Counted from the first letter of the stretch, positions 50,091 through 62,832 are shown. The stretch: 64,000 nt of DNA from Octopus sinensis (GCF_006345805.1 NW_021832713.1:42240-106239); one strand, 5' to 3'. Translations and numbers: made by a program. The notes: generated by a model from the letters alone, not told the origin.

Positions 50091-50414
50091 TAAAGACTCC
50101 GCTGGTTACGACGACGAGGGTCCCAGCTGATACGATCAACGGAACAGCTTGCTCGTGAAATTAACGTGCAAATGGCTGAGCATTCCACAGACACGTGTAT
50201 CCTTAACGTAGTTCTCGGGGATAATCAGCGTGACACAGAGAGTGACAAGGCTGACCCTTTGAAATACAAGTACAACTCATTTTTGCCAGCTGAGTGGACT
50301 GGAGCAACGTGAAATAAAGTGTCTTGCTCAAGGACACAACGCGTCGCCGGGAATCGAACTCACAACCTTACGATCATGAGCCGAATGCCCTAACCACTAA
50401 GCCACGCGCCCTCA
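50091..50414 (-). mobile_element. SINE with M-type head and tail type 1, 11-bp TSD
   Basis: Head gcgtggcttagtggttagggcattcggctcatgatcg, then gtccttgagcaagacacttt...ccagtccactcagctggc, then the same tail as SINE-B type 1. CTCTCGAAATT on both sides. Confidence 0.85.
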
Positions 50415-50685
50415 CTCTCGAAATTATCCACTAGCTTTATAACTGATGAACTCAGTAGCTTTCTGGAAAGGATGGATCTAGTAGCAGAAGAGCATAAGGG
50501 ACGCAGAAAAAACTTCAAGGGAATTGTTGATCAGTTGTATATCGATAGCATGGCATTAATTGAGGTACGCAACAGAAAGAGCTTAACTCTTCCTAGGAGT
50601 ACACGAAAGCCGACGATAATTTATCACACAGGTAACTTTTAGATTGTCTGAGTACATTTGATGTCTGTTGGAAAATTATCAACAT

Positions 50686-50861
50686 AGGCGTTCGAGTGGT
50701 TGTGTGGTAAGTCCCTTGCTTACGAACCACATGGTTCCGGGTTCAGTCCCACTGCGTGGCATCTTAGGCGAGTGTCTTCTACTATAGCCTCGGGCCGACC
50801 AAAGCCTTGTGAGTGGATTTGGTAGACGGAAACTGAAAGAAGCCCGTTGTACATATGTATG

Positions 50862-50957
<96 letters not shown>

Positions 50958-51278
50958 TCACCCTACTTTCTTAAATTAAGAATTCATATGGCGTAGTGGT
51001 TAAGAGCGCGGGCTAGTACCCACAAGAAACTGAAAGAAGCCTGTTGTATGTATATATACGTGTGTATATGTTTGTGTATCTGTGTTTGTCCCCCCAAAAT
51101 CGCTTGACAACCGATGCTGGTGTGTTTACCTCCCCGTAACTTGGTGGTTCGGCAAAAGAGCCCGATAGAATAAGTGCTAGGCTTACAAAGAATAAGTGAT
51201 GAGGTCAATTTGCTCGACTAAAGGCGGTGCTCCAGCATGGCCACAGTCAAATGACTGAAACAAGTAATAGAGTAAAAG
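50686..51278 (+). mobile_element. SINE-A containing a family E head fragment (50955-51026) in its expanded (TA)n
   Basis: aactgaaagaagcc.gttgta is repeated on both sides of the insert. Confidence 0.8.
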
Positions 51279-51334
51279 TGCCTTTCAGAGAATGCAATGC
51301 GACCATGGACACTCGAACTAAAATGCACGAATAT

Positions 51335-51728
51335 GCGCAGGAGTGGCTGTGTGGTAAGTAGCTTGTTTACCAACCACATGGTTCCGGGTTCAGTCCCACT
51401 GCATGGCATCTTGGGCAAGTGTCTTCTGCTATAGCCCCGGGTCGACCAAAGCCTTGTGAGTGGATTTGGTAGACGGAAACTGAAAGAAGCCCGTCGTATA
51501 TATGTATGTATGTGTATATGTTTGTGTGTCTGTGTTTGTCGCCCCAACATCGCTTGACAACCGATGCTGGTGTGTTTATGTCCCCGTTACTTAGCGGTTC
51601 GGCAAAAGAGACCGATAGAATAAGTACTAGGCTTACAAAAGAATAAGTCGAGTTGCTCGATGAAAGGCGGTGCTCCAGCATGGCCGCAGTCAAATGACTG
51701 AAATAAGTAAAAGAGTAAAAGAGAGTAA
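51335..51728 (+). mobile_element. SINE-A, full length
   Basis: Near-consensus. Confidence 0.9.
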
Positions 51729-52455
51729 ATGAATCATTAGGAAATGTAAAAATACGTAAGGGGGAATGTTTCAGGAAGAATCAATCAATTTATTGTTGTT
51801 ATGCGTTAATCCCTCTGAGAAACCTACGGAGAAAATAAAGGCCTCCTCATGAACCAAACTGGAAAATAAATCTCCTGGAAAATAAGAATGATTTCAAACT
51901 GTAGATGGAAAATGAAAGAACTGCAAACTCTGATCCAAACAGTATGAATTTTATCCAGGTTAGCGGGTTTGCAGTTTTGGGTAAAAAAAAAAGTGTTTAG
52001 TTTTAGATATGAAGCGAGCTCAAATAACAAAATTTGATACTGTAAATTTCTGAAATGTTATTAAGTCATTGAGACATGATGAAGGGTGGAAGTACTGGAA
52101 GATGATAATGGAATTGGAAAAAGAAATGAGAAAGAATGGTTCCCAAAATTTCAAGAGAATGATTGGTGTAGCGCTCGAAACAAAAGTAATTAGAAGGAAT
52201 GTAATCAAGGTAATTAGCTCGTGCGCTGTTATTATTGCGATATTCTGCTTTTTCCCGAAAGTGGACAAGGATGGACCTAGGGGAATAAGGGGAAAGAGCC
52301 AGAAAGCTGCTGACAATGCAAAACGCGCAACATCTGGAAGTAGGGGCCAACCGTCACCATTCATATAAAATGTCACTGGTATGTGTGTGTGTGTGTGTGT
52401 GTGTGTGTCTGTGCGTGCGCGTGAGTATGTATGTGTGTATATATGTATCAGCATA

Positions 52456-52714
52456 AAAAAATATATTCCTTCTGGAGCCATGCCAGGCTCATGAGGGCCG
52501 GTTTCCATGTTTCAGTGGCCTAGAAATTCCCCACCTGGACGGGACGCCGGTCCGTCGCAGGATTCCTCATTTTTGCCAGCTGAGTGGACTGGAGCAAAAC
52601 GTGAAAATGAAGTGTTTTGCTCAAGAACACAACGCCTCGCCCGGTCCAGGAATCGAACCCACAAACTCACGATCATGAGTTCAACACCCTAACCACTAAG
52701 CCACGCGCCTCCAC
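52456..52714 (-). mobile_element. SINE with M-type head and tail type 3, 13-bp TSD
   Basis: ATGTATCAGCATA at 52443-52455 and 52715-52727. Tail matches ~43570-43665. Confidence 0.85.
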
Positions 52715-53460
52715 ATGTATCAGCATACGCCATGAAAATGCCTGTTTCTTTCGAAAATGAAAAAAAAAAAAAAGAAATGACTTTTAAAGCGAAATGTTAA
52801 TCTTCAAAGAAGTTTAATTGAAAAGGAAGATTCTGGAAGCATATATGGTATTGGACAAAAAAAAAAAAGAAAAGAAAAAAGAAAGAAAAAAACAGTACTG
52901 AAATAGTACTAAATGGAGGTGAAAAAATATTAACATTAAATTAAAAATTCGACGTGTCGTGTCAGGCAAATGTAGTATCTCAGAACTTCTGGATGAATTT
53001 CAAGAAAAGGAATTTATTGAAAATGATGTGACTTTAAAATTAAGCAGTTTATTAGGTCACTCATTAAAATTTGAGGAAAATCTGACAGCTTAATGGAAAC
53101 TGATAATGGAGTAGAAGTTTTGAATGGAATTATTGCTGAATGAAAAACTAAGGCTAGTTTGGTAAGGCTGCGATGGATGTTGATTGTTCCAACATCATTT
53201 TATGGGATTGATGTTTCAGGGTTATTCAGGTGTTCAAGTGTCTTTCATGGTAACATGTTACGCAAGGAAATATCGAACTATATTTTCTAAGAGAAAAGAA
53301 AAAAATCAATTCCAGTAGATGTTAAACTATTAATTATAGTAAAAGTGAGGAAAAGAATTAATAAAGGTATTTCATAATTTTATCTCGGACGCAGTAAATG
53401 CACCTCTAGTTGGATGATATTAAAATCAACGGATAGGGATCTAAGATTGTAAAATATGTA

Positions 53461-53625
53461 CAAGTGGCTGTGTGGTAAGTAGCTTGTTTACCAACCACAT
53501 GGCTCCGGGTTCAGTCCCACTGCGTGGCACCTTGTGCAAGTGTCTTCTACTATAGCCTCGGGCCGACCAAAGCCTTGTGAATGAATTTGGTAGACGGAAA
53601 CTGAAAGAAGCCCGTCGTATATATG

Positions 53626-53660
<35 letters not shown>

Positions 53661-53868
53661 GTGTCTGTGTTTGTCCCCCTAGCATTGCTTGACAACCGAT
53701 GCTGGTGTGTTTATGTCCCCGTGACTTAGCGGTTCGGCAAAAGAGACCGATATAATAAGTACTGGGCTTACAAAAGAATAAGTCCCGGGGTCGAGTTGCT
53801 CGATTAAGGTGCTGCTACAGCATGGCCGCAGTCAAAATGACTGAAACAAGTAAAAGAGTAAAGAGAGT
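53461..53868 (+). mobile_element. SINE-A, full length
   Basis: Near-consensus. Confidence 0.9.
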
Positions 53869-54339
53869 AATATATTTTGTTCTGTTCCTTATCCTACTCC
53901 AGATACCGAATCGATATATCATTCTTCTCCTGTCATGAATTATTCTGCTAAATTAATTCAATTGGTGTATATCATCGAACAGAAATGTGTTTTGTACAAG
54001 TGACGTTACTATGATAAATAAAACAGCAGTTTTTTAATGACACGTGATCCATTTGAAATTAAGACTGACAACGTTATGTTTTAGAAAGCAACTGAGCATG
54101 TCGTTTGAAAGGGCAGTGATATATTTCCAAGATGACGCGGATATCGTTGAAAAAAAAAATCACCGAACGGTAAGAATTATCAAACATAGTGATTAGCGAA
54201 GATAATTTTTGTTATTGACTGATGAACTCTCGTTTTAAGTATATGAACTAACAACGAGTACGAAAACACCAGATCATCGATTAGCAGGGGGGATCATCAA
54301 AACCACAAATAGAACCGGAAGCAATTAAAAGAGAGTAAA

Positions 54340-54655
54340 TGAATCATTTGTTTGTGAAGCAGAGATCCAGTATATTATCTACCCTTGTTGGTTGCAGAAC
54401 TATTTGATCCATGAAAGAGGCATTTGTGAGATGGAGCAGGGACTCTGCCTGTGCCTGCTGATGGTGTGTCATCCCTAGGAGCATCTGCCCCCCCCCCGGC
54501 CATTTCACATTGGGGAGGTTAAAGTCACCCATGAAGAATACACTGTTGTGTTGTTTAAGGTTGGTGAGGACTTCTCCTATTTTTGTTAGGCAGTCTTGAA
54601 ACATGCCTGAGTGATTTGGGGCATCTGGTGGGCGATATGTAGTGCATATTGTAAA
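54340..54655 (-). mobile_element. CR1-type apurinic-like endonuclease (APE) fragment
   Basis: ICTTYRPPD...FMGDFNLPNVKW...QIVLQPTRVDNILDLCFTN carries the YRPP, GDFN, PTR and LDL motifs of LINE APE. Confidence 0.8.
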
Positions 54656-54885
54656 ATGTCGAAGAATGTTAATCATGATTCAAATTGCATGTTATTTTGT
54701 GCATCATTCGTAACCGTGTTTACCCACTTTGCCAGATGCGGCCAGCAACTAAAGATATTTGAGCTTATAAATCCGCTATTATTAACAAAGCAAATGTTAT
54801 ATCTTCAGATTCATGTCGATGCAAATGAAGTCACTCAAACAACATTGACAAAATAAAACATAGAAAGAAACAGACAGACACATAC

Positions 54886-55270
54886 ATGGAAACACTCCGT
54901 CGTTTACGACGACGAGGGTTCCGGTTGATCCGAATCAACGGAACAGCCTGCTCGTGAAATTAACGTGTAAGTGGCTGAGCACTCCACAGACACGTGCACC
55001 CTTAACGTAGTTCTCGGGGATATTCAGCGTGACACAGAGAGTGACAAGGCCGGCCCTTTGAAATACAGGTACAACAGAAACAGGAAGTAAGAGTGAGAGA
55101 AAGTTGTGGTGAAAGAGTACAGCAGGGATCACCACCATTCGCTGCTGGAGCCTCGTGGAGCTTTAGGTGTTTTCGCTCAATAGACACTTACAATGCCCGT
55201 TCTGGGAATCGAAACCGTGACCCTACGACCGCGAGTCCGCTGCCCTAACCACTGGGCCATTGCGCCTCCA
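54886..55270 (-). mobile_element. SINE-B, tail type 1
   Basis: Near-consensus. Confidence 0.9.
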
Positions 55271-55794
55271 CAGACAGGCAGATAACCACCCCTTAAAAAA
55301 AAAAGAAAAGAGAAACGCTATATTAAGGACACGTTTACCGGGACATTATCATCTCAAGTATGGAAAGTGAAGAACGAAGCACTTATTGCGTCGTCAAAAA
55401 CTTCAGATTATAGTTCGATAGAATTGATTTTGGCAAAAAAAAAAAAAAATGAAAAGACTGTAACATCTGCATACTTTTTCAGGTGAGGCTCACGATGAAA
55501 TAATTTGATTAGCTTCCTTATGTAAAGGGATCTCAAATGATATTGATTTGTGCATTATTCACATTGGAACTAATTACGATCTCAGTTTAAATAAATAAAT
55601 AAATGGAAAAACAGTAAAAGTCTGATTATTTTTTATTATCTGAAATGAATCAATGTTTTATATTATAAAAAAAGGAAATATTTCTTTATTTGATAAAACA
55701 GAAGTAACTCCAGGTGTGATATATTAAGCAGTAAGTGTTTTCACATTCTGAAATGCATAGGGCAATAGCGATTTAACGTTTTTGATACACTATA

Positions 55795-56170
55795 TTCTTT
55801 CACTCTTTTACTTGTTTCAGTCATTTGACTGTGGCCATGCTGGAGCACCGCCTTTAGTCAAGCAAATCGACCCCAGGACCTATTCTTTGTAAGACTAGTA
55901 CTTATGATGTAAACGCATTAGCATCGGTTTTCAAGTGATGTTGGGGGGACAAACACAGACACACGAACATATACACACAGTATATATATATATACATACA
56001 TATATACGACGGGCTTCTTTCAGTTTCCGTCTACTGAATCCACTCACAAGGCTTTGGTCGGCTCGTGGCTATAGTAGAAGACACTTGCCCAAGGTGCCCC
56101 GCAGTGGGACTGAACCCGGAACCACGTGGTCCGTAAAGAAGCTACTTACCACACAGCTACTCATACGCCT
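55795..56170 (-). mobile_element. SINE-A with an internal deletion
   Basis: Head at 56170 and tail at 55795. Confidence 0.85.
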
Positions 56171-56175
56171 ATAAA

Positions 56176-56316
56176 AAGGTATTTTTGAAGTTATTATTAT
56201 TATTATTATTATTATTCATGTCACTGCCTGGAATCGAACTTGGAATCTTGTGGTTACTAGCCCGCGCTCTTAACCACTACGCCATATGAATTCATAATTT
56301 TATGAAAGTAGGGTGA
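56176..56316 (-). mobile_element. Family E tRNA-like module with upstream flank
   Basis: Minus strand caccctactttc...gaattcata-TGGCGTAGTGG (A-box)...AGTTCGATTCC (B-box)...(AAT)n-ttcaaaaatacctt. Confidence 0.75.
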
Positions 56317-56750
56317 CATAAAAACTGTTCTGTTGTCCGATGAGTAAAAACAGGTAAACTTGCTTGTACTAACTAACCTCGAAGCCACAGTCATTATCAT
56401 TTAGGTTAACTAAAATATTTTAATTCTTGATGACGTACCTTGTCATACAAAACACAAATTCGTAGCGATTCCTTCATCTCGACCAGGATGATATCTAAAT
56501 GATTTGGAAAAGAAATAAACGGCCATTTTTAGCCTTGTAAAATTGTTTTATTTCTTTTATTCGCTTTAACCTGAGAGAAATACAGCCTTTTCCAATCTGG
56601 CCCACCTTCGAAAAAGCTTTGGAAACCCTAGTCAAGAGTTTATGCTGAGTGGAATGTTAATAATTTTGGATGGTGAGCCAGTAGAAAATGTATCGTGTGA
56701 TTCGTGTTGCAGAATCTACTGGCAATTGTATAGAATATAGTTACTTGTTA

Positions 56751-56985
56751 TTAAGGCGGCGAGCTGGCAGAATCGTTAGCACGCCGGGCGAAATGCGTAG
56801 CCGTATTTCGTCTGCCGTTACGTTCTGGGTTCAAATCCCGCCGAGGTCGACTTTACCTTTCATCCTTTCGGGGGTCCATAAATTAAGTACCAGTTACGCA
56901 CTGGGGTTGATATAATCGACTTAATCCGTTCGTCTGTCCTTGTTTGTCCCCTCTGTGTTTAGCCCCTTGTGGGTAGTAAAGAAAT
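56751..56985 (+). mobile_element. SINE-C monomer with TSD
   Basis: ATATAGTTACTTGTTA / ATATAATTACTTGTTA flanks. The gcctttcatcctttcggggtc..taaattaagtacca core resembles the Deu/Nin SINE domain (recalled, not searched). Confidence 0.85.
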
Positions 56986-57066
56986 ATATAATTACTTGTT
57001 AGTGCGTGGTTCATGTTATTGTATGAGATGATGATTGCATAGATTATTATTATTATTATTATTATT

Positions 57067-57526
57067 GAGTGAGAGAACAGTGCATGCCATCAAAGTGACA
57101 CTGGGGTGAAATATACGAAGCCCAGTATACCGATCATGACTACCCATTTGATAAGGGTACTCCAGACACATGCATCACAACCAAATGTGCGCGAAATGGT
57201 GATCTCATATCAAGATAAACAGCACATGAACTTGCGAGCGGGGCCCAGTTAGAATTTTCTTCTGGTCGAGTAGCCCATCCCGCTCAAAAGGTCCCTGAAT
57301 AAGGATGTTTTAAGGATGTTGAACGAACCACCCATGTTTCCAGAGATGAATTATCCAAACCTCCAAGAATTCCTATCAACACACGGCTCTGTTGCTCCCC
57401 CACTATTTCTGCTCGTGATCAGAGATGCACATATCGTCAGCCACTAAGGGACATGGTCAACTGGTTAAGGTCAAACAACTGACAAGCAAATCTGTGGTAT
57501 TGAGCAGAATATTTGCTGTAGCCCAT
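57067..57526 (-). mobile_element. Family F repeat, second copy
   Basis: Reverse complement of ~20805-21255. Confidence 0.75.
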
Positions 57527-58419
57527 TTTCTTCTTCTTCTTCTTCTTCTTTTTCTTCTTCTTCTTCTTCTTCTGAGAAAGTTCTTCTTTTCATGCCCTAT
57601 TCCAAGCTGTTGTTGTATGTGTCATAATCATTGCTTTTTTTAAAAAAATTGCTTTGCGCATTGTAACGTAAACAAACAATTAAAATAACATTACTTACGT
57701 ACGTTAAGACGGTAAAGAATTTCAAATCTGTTAATCATTACTTTTTAGGTTGTATTTAATATTCTAGGCAAATATATATTTAAAAAATTTAATACAAAGC
57801 CGTTTATTTTCTTTGCAAAGCAAGATAAAGATAATTAAATTTGTGCAAAACATTTTCTCTGGTAAATGAAAGAAAATTGGCTTCATTTATTTTCAGCAAA
57901 TTTATACAAATAGGAACAAAAAATTGAGATATTACTAATGCAATGGCAATCCTATTACAATTGTTATTGTATTACTCTATATTGTTGATATCATGATCTC
58001 CATTTTATTAAAACTATTACGATACGATACTTTTAATATCCTGTTACAGCTTGTAAAAGAACACTGCAATATTACGACGTAAAAATTCGTTCATACATTG
58101 CGTTTTAAATGGATATCACATTGGTATGTCTACGTTCATTTGCAGAAATAAAATGTTCTAATGTAAATTAAAAAGATTATAATATTGGTATCATAGGGAT
58201 CTTCGCAGCTACGGGTTTATACCACTAGGAGAAAGTCATGCGCGATTAAAACAAAACAATAGACCCTGGTTTCTTGACAGGCGTACAGACGTAAATAGTA
58301 CTGTAAACCAGTTGGCTGCCACTATAACAATTCAGCCATATAGGCTATATTATGTACCAGCAATATTAACAACATCATCATGTTGAAGTATTATTTATAA
58401 CATTAAATTGTATTATATA

Positions 58420-58816
58420 CTAGCAGTATCGCCCGGCGTTGCTCGGGTTTGTAATGGAAATAACTATATAAGCATTTTTAGAGATGTAAAGTATAATAGC
58501 CATCTCAATATGGCTAACGACAAAGGGGGTGTTACTGTAGCTTTTTACGTTCTGAGATTTAATAATACATTTTTAGAGAGTTACTTCCCTTATATAATAG
58601 CAAAAAAATGCATTAAAAATGGGAAAAAATTATGGTAATTTTTTTTTTAAATCGTAGACTCATCGTAGACGCGCGCTTATACCCAGAAGGGCTCGATATG
58701 AATCACGACTATAAGATACCCGCTTTTGGTTACACTGCACCGCAAAATGTGGGAGTAGTTAGGAATCTAAATCGTAGGAGACAGACAGCACACAACCTCA
58801 CTTTTATATATAAAGA
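58420..58816 (-). mobile_element. Non-autonomous Helitron, copy 4
   Basis: A|TC ... hairpin ... CTAG|T. Confidence 0.85.
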
Positions 58817-59077
58817 TGACACGCATTCGAGTTGATGATTATGGCTGAACAGTCCCTGTTTTACCGATTCTTCTTCGACAAGAAACGTGTTAAACTGTTT
58901 TTAGTGTTGCTGGGTGCTTACTGTAATGTAGAGACACCGTTTTAATAGCCCCGATTTCCTTGTGATTTATTGATCGTTGCAGATGTCTCGTAGCTTCTAT
59001 TTCCAGTTTTCTCTTTGTCAAAATAAACTTATGCTTTATTTTCTATTGTGATTATCCAATTCCCTAATAAGATGACA

Positions 59078-59295
59078 TAGGGTGTCGAGCTGGCAGACTC
59101 GTTAGCACGCCAGGCAAAACAGCTCAGCGCCATTCCGTCCGTCTTTACGTTCTGATTTCAAACTCCACCGAGATCGACTTTGCCTTTTGTCATTCGGGGG
59201 TTGTTAAATTATGCATCAGTTGAACACTGGCGTCGATGTAATCGACTTTCCTCTGCCCTAAAATTTCTGGCCCTGTGTTAGAATATGAAACCATT
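59078..59295 (+). mobile_element. SINE-C with alternative tail, diverged
   Basis: gcgagctggcag-type head and ...aatttctggccctgtgttagaatatgaaacc tail. Confidence 0.65.
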
Positions 59296-59397
59296 ATATA
59301 AGGTAACAAATAAAGAAAAATAATTGTCACTGTATTGATAATGTTCTGCTGAAAACATAAAGTTGACAGTAAAGGATTTTTCATTTAATACTACAAT

Positions 59398-59775
59398 CTT
59401 ATTTCTTTACAAGGACAGTCAAACGGATTAAGTCGATTATATATTGACCCCCAGTGCGTAACTGGTACTTATTTAATCGACCCCGAATGTATGAAAGGCA
59501 AAGTCGACCTCGGCGGAATTTGAACTCAGAACATAGCGGCAGACGAAATAACTATTTTTTTACTATCCACAAGGGGCTAAACACAGAGGAGACAAACAAG
59601 GACAGTCAAACGGATTAAGTCGATTATATAGACCCTAGTGTGTAACTGGTACTAATTTAATCGACCCCGAAAGGATGAAAGGCAAAGTCGACCTCGGCGG
59701 AATTTGAACTCAGAACGTAGCGGCAGACGAAAAACCATTAAGCATTTCAACCGGCGTTCTAACAGTTCTGCCAGC
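59398..59775 (-). mobile_element. SINE-C dimer
   Basis: Same head-less unit junction as at 5205-5708. Confidence 0.85.
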
Positions 59776-59962
59776 TCTCCGCATTTAGTACTACAATATA
59801 CAATAGAATATATATATCAACACACTTGAGCTAATAGTGAATGTATAGACATTCATAACGACTAAGCAACACTTCTTTGGTCGAAAAAAGTGAGGAAGTC
59901 TGATTAGTTTTACTTCTGTGTCAGGAGTTCGTAAGATACCGAAAAGCTATATTAATTGTCTA

Positions 59963-60142
59963 CGTAGGAGTGGCTGTGTGGTAAGTAGCTTGCTAACCAA
60001 CCACATGGTTCTGGGTTCAGTCCCATTGCGCAGCATCTTGGGCAAGTGTCTTCTGCTATAGCCCCGGGCCGACCAATGCCTTGTGAGTGGATTTGGTAGA
60101 CGGAAACTGAAAGAAGCCCGTCGTATATGTATTATATTATAT

Positions 60143-60190
<48 letters not shown>

Positions 60191-60797
60191 AATTTATCAA
60201 TATAGGGTAGCAAAAAAATTCAAGAAAAATTTTCTACAACCAGCGGTCAAGTGAGAAAATAGAAATAGTCACAGACTATATAATATATTCAACAAAATAT
60301 TAATATGACCTGTAAGGGTCTTTCCTTATATTTTGTTGAATATATTATATAGTCTGTGACTATTTCTATATTCTCACTTGACCGCTGGTTGCAGAAAATT
60401 TTTTTGCTACCCTATATTGATAAATTAATAATTTTTTGACTAATTCTGAAATTGTATCAGCAGTTTATATTTGCTGCTGAGTAGTTGGCGCGGTTACGCT
60501 GGATTTCGAAAAATTAGGATATATATACTCGGGGCTTCAGTGGTATCGCCTCGTGTGTATATGTTCGCCTTCTCTTTTGGGACTTTGCTGATGAAACAAA
60601 CCAATCGTAAACGGATTTAATTTAATTAAGTTCGATTGCGTAAAAATTGTTGAAACCTTGCAGGGTACAAAGTTGAAAAGGATAAACGTTTTTATTTCTC
60701 CTTTAGCTTTCAGAATTACTACTATTTTTGCGGTTTGAGTTTTCGCTGCCCTTTACAAGTGAGTCGAATGACCTGTAAGGGTCTTTCCTTAATATTT

Positions 60798-60855
<58 letters not shown>

Positions 60856-60856
60856 G

Positions 60857-60906
<50 letters not shown>

Positions 60907-61167
60907 CATATATATATAATATATATATGTGTGTGTGTGTATGTATGTGTGTGTTTGTGTGTCTGTGTTTGTCCCCCTAGTATTGCTTGATAACCGATGC
61001 TGGTGTGTTTACGTCCCCGTAACTTAGCGGTTCGGCAAAAGAGACCGATAGAATAAGTACTGGGCTTACAAAGAATAAGTCCCGGGATCGATTTGCTCGA
61101 CTAAAGGCGGTGCTCCAGCATGGCCACAGTCAAATGACTGAAACAAGGAAAAGAAAAGAAAAGAAAA
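59963..61167 (+). mobile_element. SINE-A split in its internal (TA)n by a family G element
   Basis: Head half at 59963-60125 and tail half at 60930-61167. Confidence 0.85.
60186..60800. mobile_element. Family G element: ~115/104-bp inverted arms plus a downstream direct repeat (PLE-like architecture)
   Basis: Arms at 60186-60300 and 60328-60431 differ by 2 substitutions and one ~11-bp indel. The spacer atgacctgtaagggtctttcctt recurs at ~60769-60791. Confidence 0.7.
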
Positions 61168-62035
61168 GTAGAAACTACTTGTAAGTCCGAGAGTACAATA
61201 GGTTTGAGTAAATGGGATTGAAAGGTCAGCATACATTTGATATTCTTCACAGGTCGTTAGTTTATTAAATTACCGGTGAGTTGAACGTGTTAATATCGCA
61301 CTACATCAGTATATTTTCTATAGATATTTTAGCCCACGCACTACTCATAAACAGATGTAAGTACGATGTCTTTTATTATTCGTAGACAAAATCCCAACAA
61401 AAGATTGAATGCAGGCTGTCTGGTTTCTCATGCTTCTTTCTCTTTTCACGAAGTTATACATAAATACAAGATATTTACATTCATCTTTACATTTAGTATA
61501 ACGGGAAGAATATGCTATAAAACAATCGACACAAGATATTCGGATGTCAATTGCCACTGAACAATTATGAAAGCCATACAGTTTTCCAGTATGTTCTCTA
61601 GATCCAGCCTATTCTCAAACACCAAACCACTACGTAACCCCACCAAGCTACACGACTCATATACAAATATTTCTTTCTCTTTTGTTCTCGTTAGAAATTC
61701 TATGTAGCGACAACGATAATTAAAATGTGGCCAACTTACTTTGAGGTATTCTGTGGAACATATTGGTGGAACATATTGGTGAACAGTAAATAACACTTTG
61801 CAAATGTTGCTGAATCTTCTGTTATGATGTTTTTGGTACATATGATGAACTGGTAACTGAAATAACGATCTATTCTTTTTTTTTCTTATGTATCTTGGGA
61901 GGGTCATTTTGCCAACAATAAACCCATGCACTGGTTCTATTTCACTTCTTCATTATTGGTCAGTTTGTTAAATACTGAACTACAAAACCACACACGCGCA
62001 CACACACACACACACACATACATATATATATTATA

Positions 62036-62268
62036 TATTTCTTTACTACCCACAAAGGGCTAAACACAGAGAGGACAAACAAGGACAGACATAGGTATTA
62101 AGTCGATTACATCGACCCCAGTGCATAACTGGTACTTAATTTATCGACCCCGAAAGGATGAATGGCAAAGTCGACCTCGGCGGAATTTGAACCCAGAACG
62201 TAACGGCAGACGAAATACCGCCAAGCATTTCGCCCGGCGTGCTAACGTTTCTGCCAGCTCGCCGCCTT
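62036..62268 (-). mobile_element. SINE-C monomer
   Basis: Near-consensus. Confidence 0.9.
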
Positions 62269-62299
62269 TATATATGTATATATATATACACACACAAAC

Positions 62300-62615
62300 A
62301 TATGAAGTCGCTTGTTGGCTTGTTGGTTAGTGTATTCGGCTCAAGATCGTATGGTCGCAATTTCGATTCCCGGTCACGTGTCACGTCTTTGAGCAAGATA
62401 CTTTTTTTCAGCTGGCAGAAAAAAGGATTCTACCTGTATTTCAAAGGAACCAGTCTTGTGACACTGTGTCACCCTGAATCTCTCTTGAGAAGTACGTTAA
62501 GGGTACGACTGTGTGTGAAGGGCTCAGACACTTTCACTTTAATTTTATCAACTGCTTGTTCCGTTGCTCGGGTCAACTGGAACACGCATCGTCGCAACCA
62601 AAGACGTGCCAGTAA
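62300..62615 (+). mobile_element. Old SINE with M-type head and tail type 1
   Basis: Diverged match to 50091-50414. Confidence 0.65.
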
Positions 62616-62669
62616 TACACACACACTCATATAATTAATTCGGAAAACGGTTAAGACAACAACGTGAAC

Positions 62670-62761
62670 ACGTAGCACATGCATATTATACATGTATGTA
62701 TGTATACATACATACATATATATATATACATATATATATATATACATACATATATATATAT

Positions 62762-62796
<35 letters not shown>

Positions 62797-62797
62797 C

Positions 62798-62832
<35 letters not shown>

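Larger units (their letters stand above)
48860..52370 (+). mobile_element. Long degenerate R4/Dong-type LINE (pre-RT through RT/thumb), split by several younger insertions
   Basis: Colinear peptides: RINEYQQNLIFQ...PDAEAVRKFWSD (48.9k); SP..DG..GIWLK (49.87k); DELSSFLERMDLVAEEHKG...GIVDQLYIDSM (50.45k); ELQTLIQTV (51.92k); ETKVIRRNVIKVISSCAV...RYSA...KWT (52.18-52.27k). Confidence 0.75.

Noticed and set aside
56220-56290. Genuine tRNA gene (also considered for all SINE heads)
   Set aside because: A- and B-boxes are present but there is no convincing acceptor stem, and the module is embedded in repeat structure.
60587-60620. Hammerhead at CTGATGAAAC...
   Set aside because: No stem II and no correctly placed GAAA.
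61515-61931. 138-aa minus-strand ORF as a single-exon gene
   Set aside because: No recognisable motif. A few ORFs of this length are expected by chance in 64 kb.
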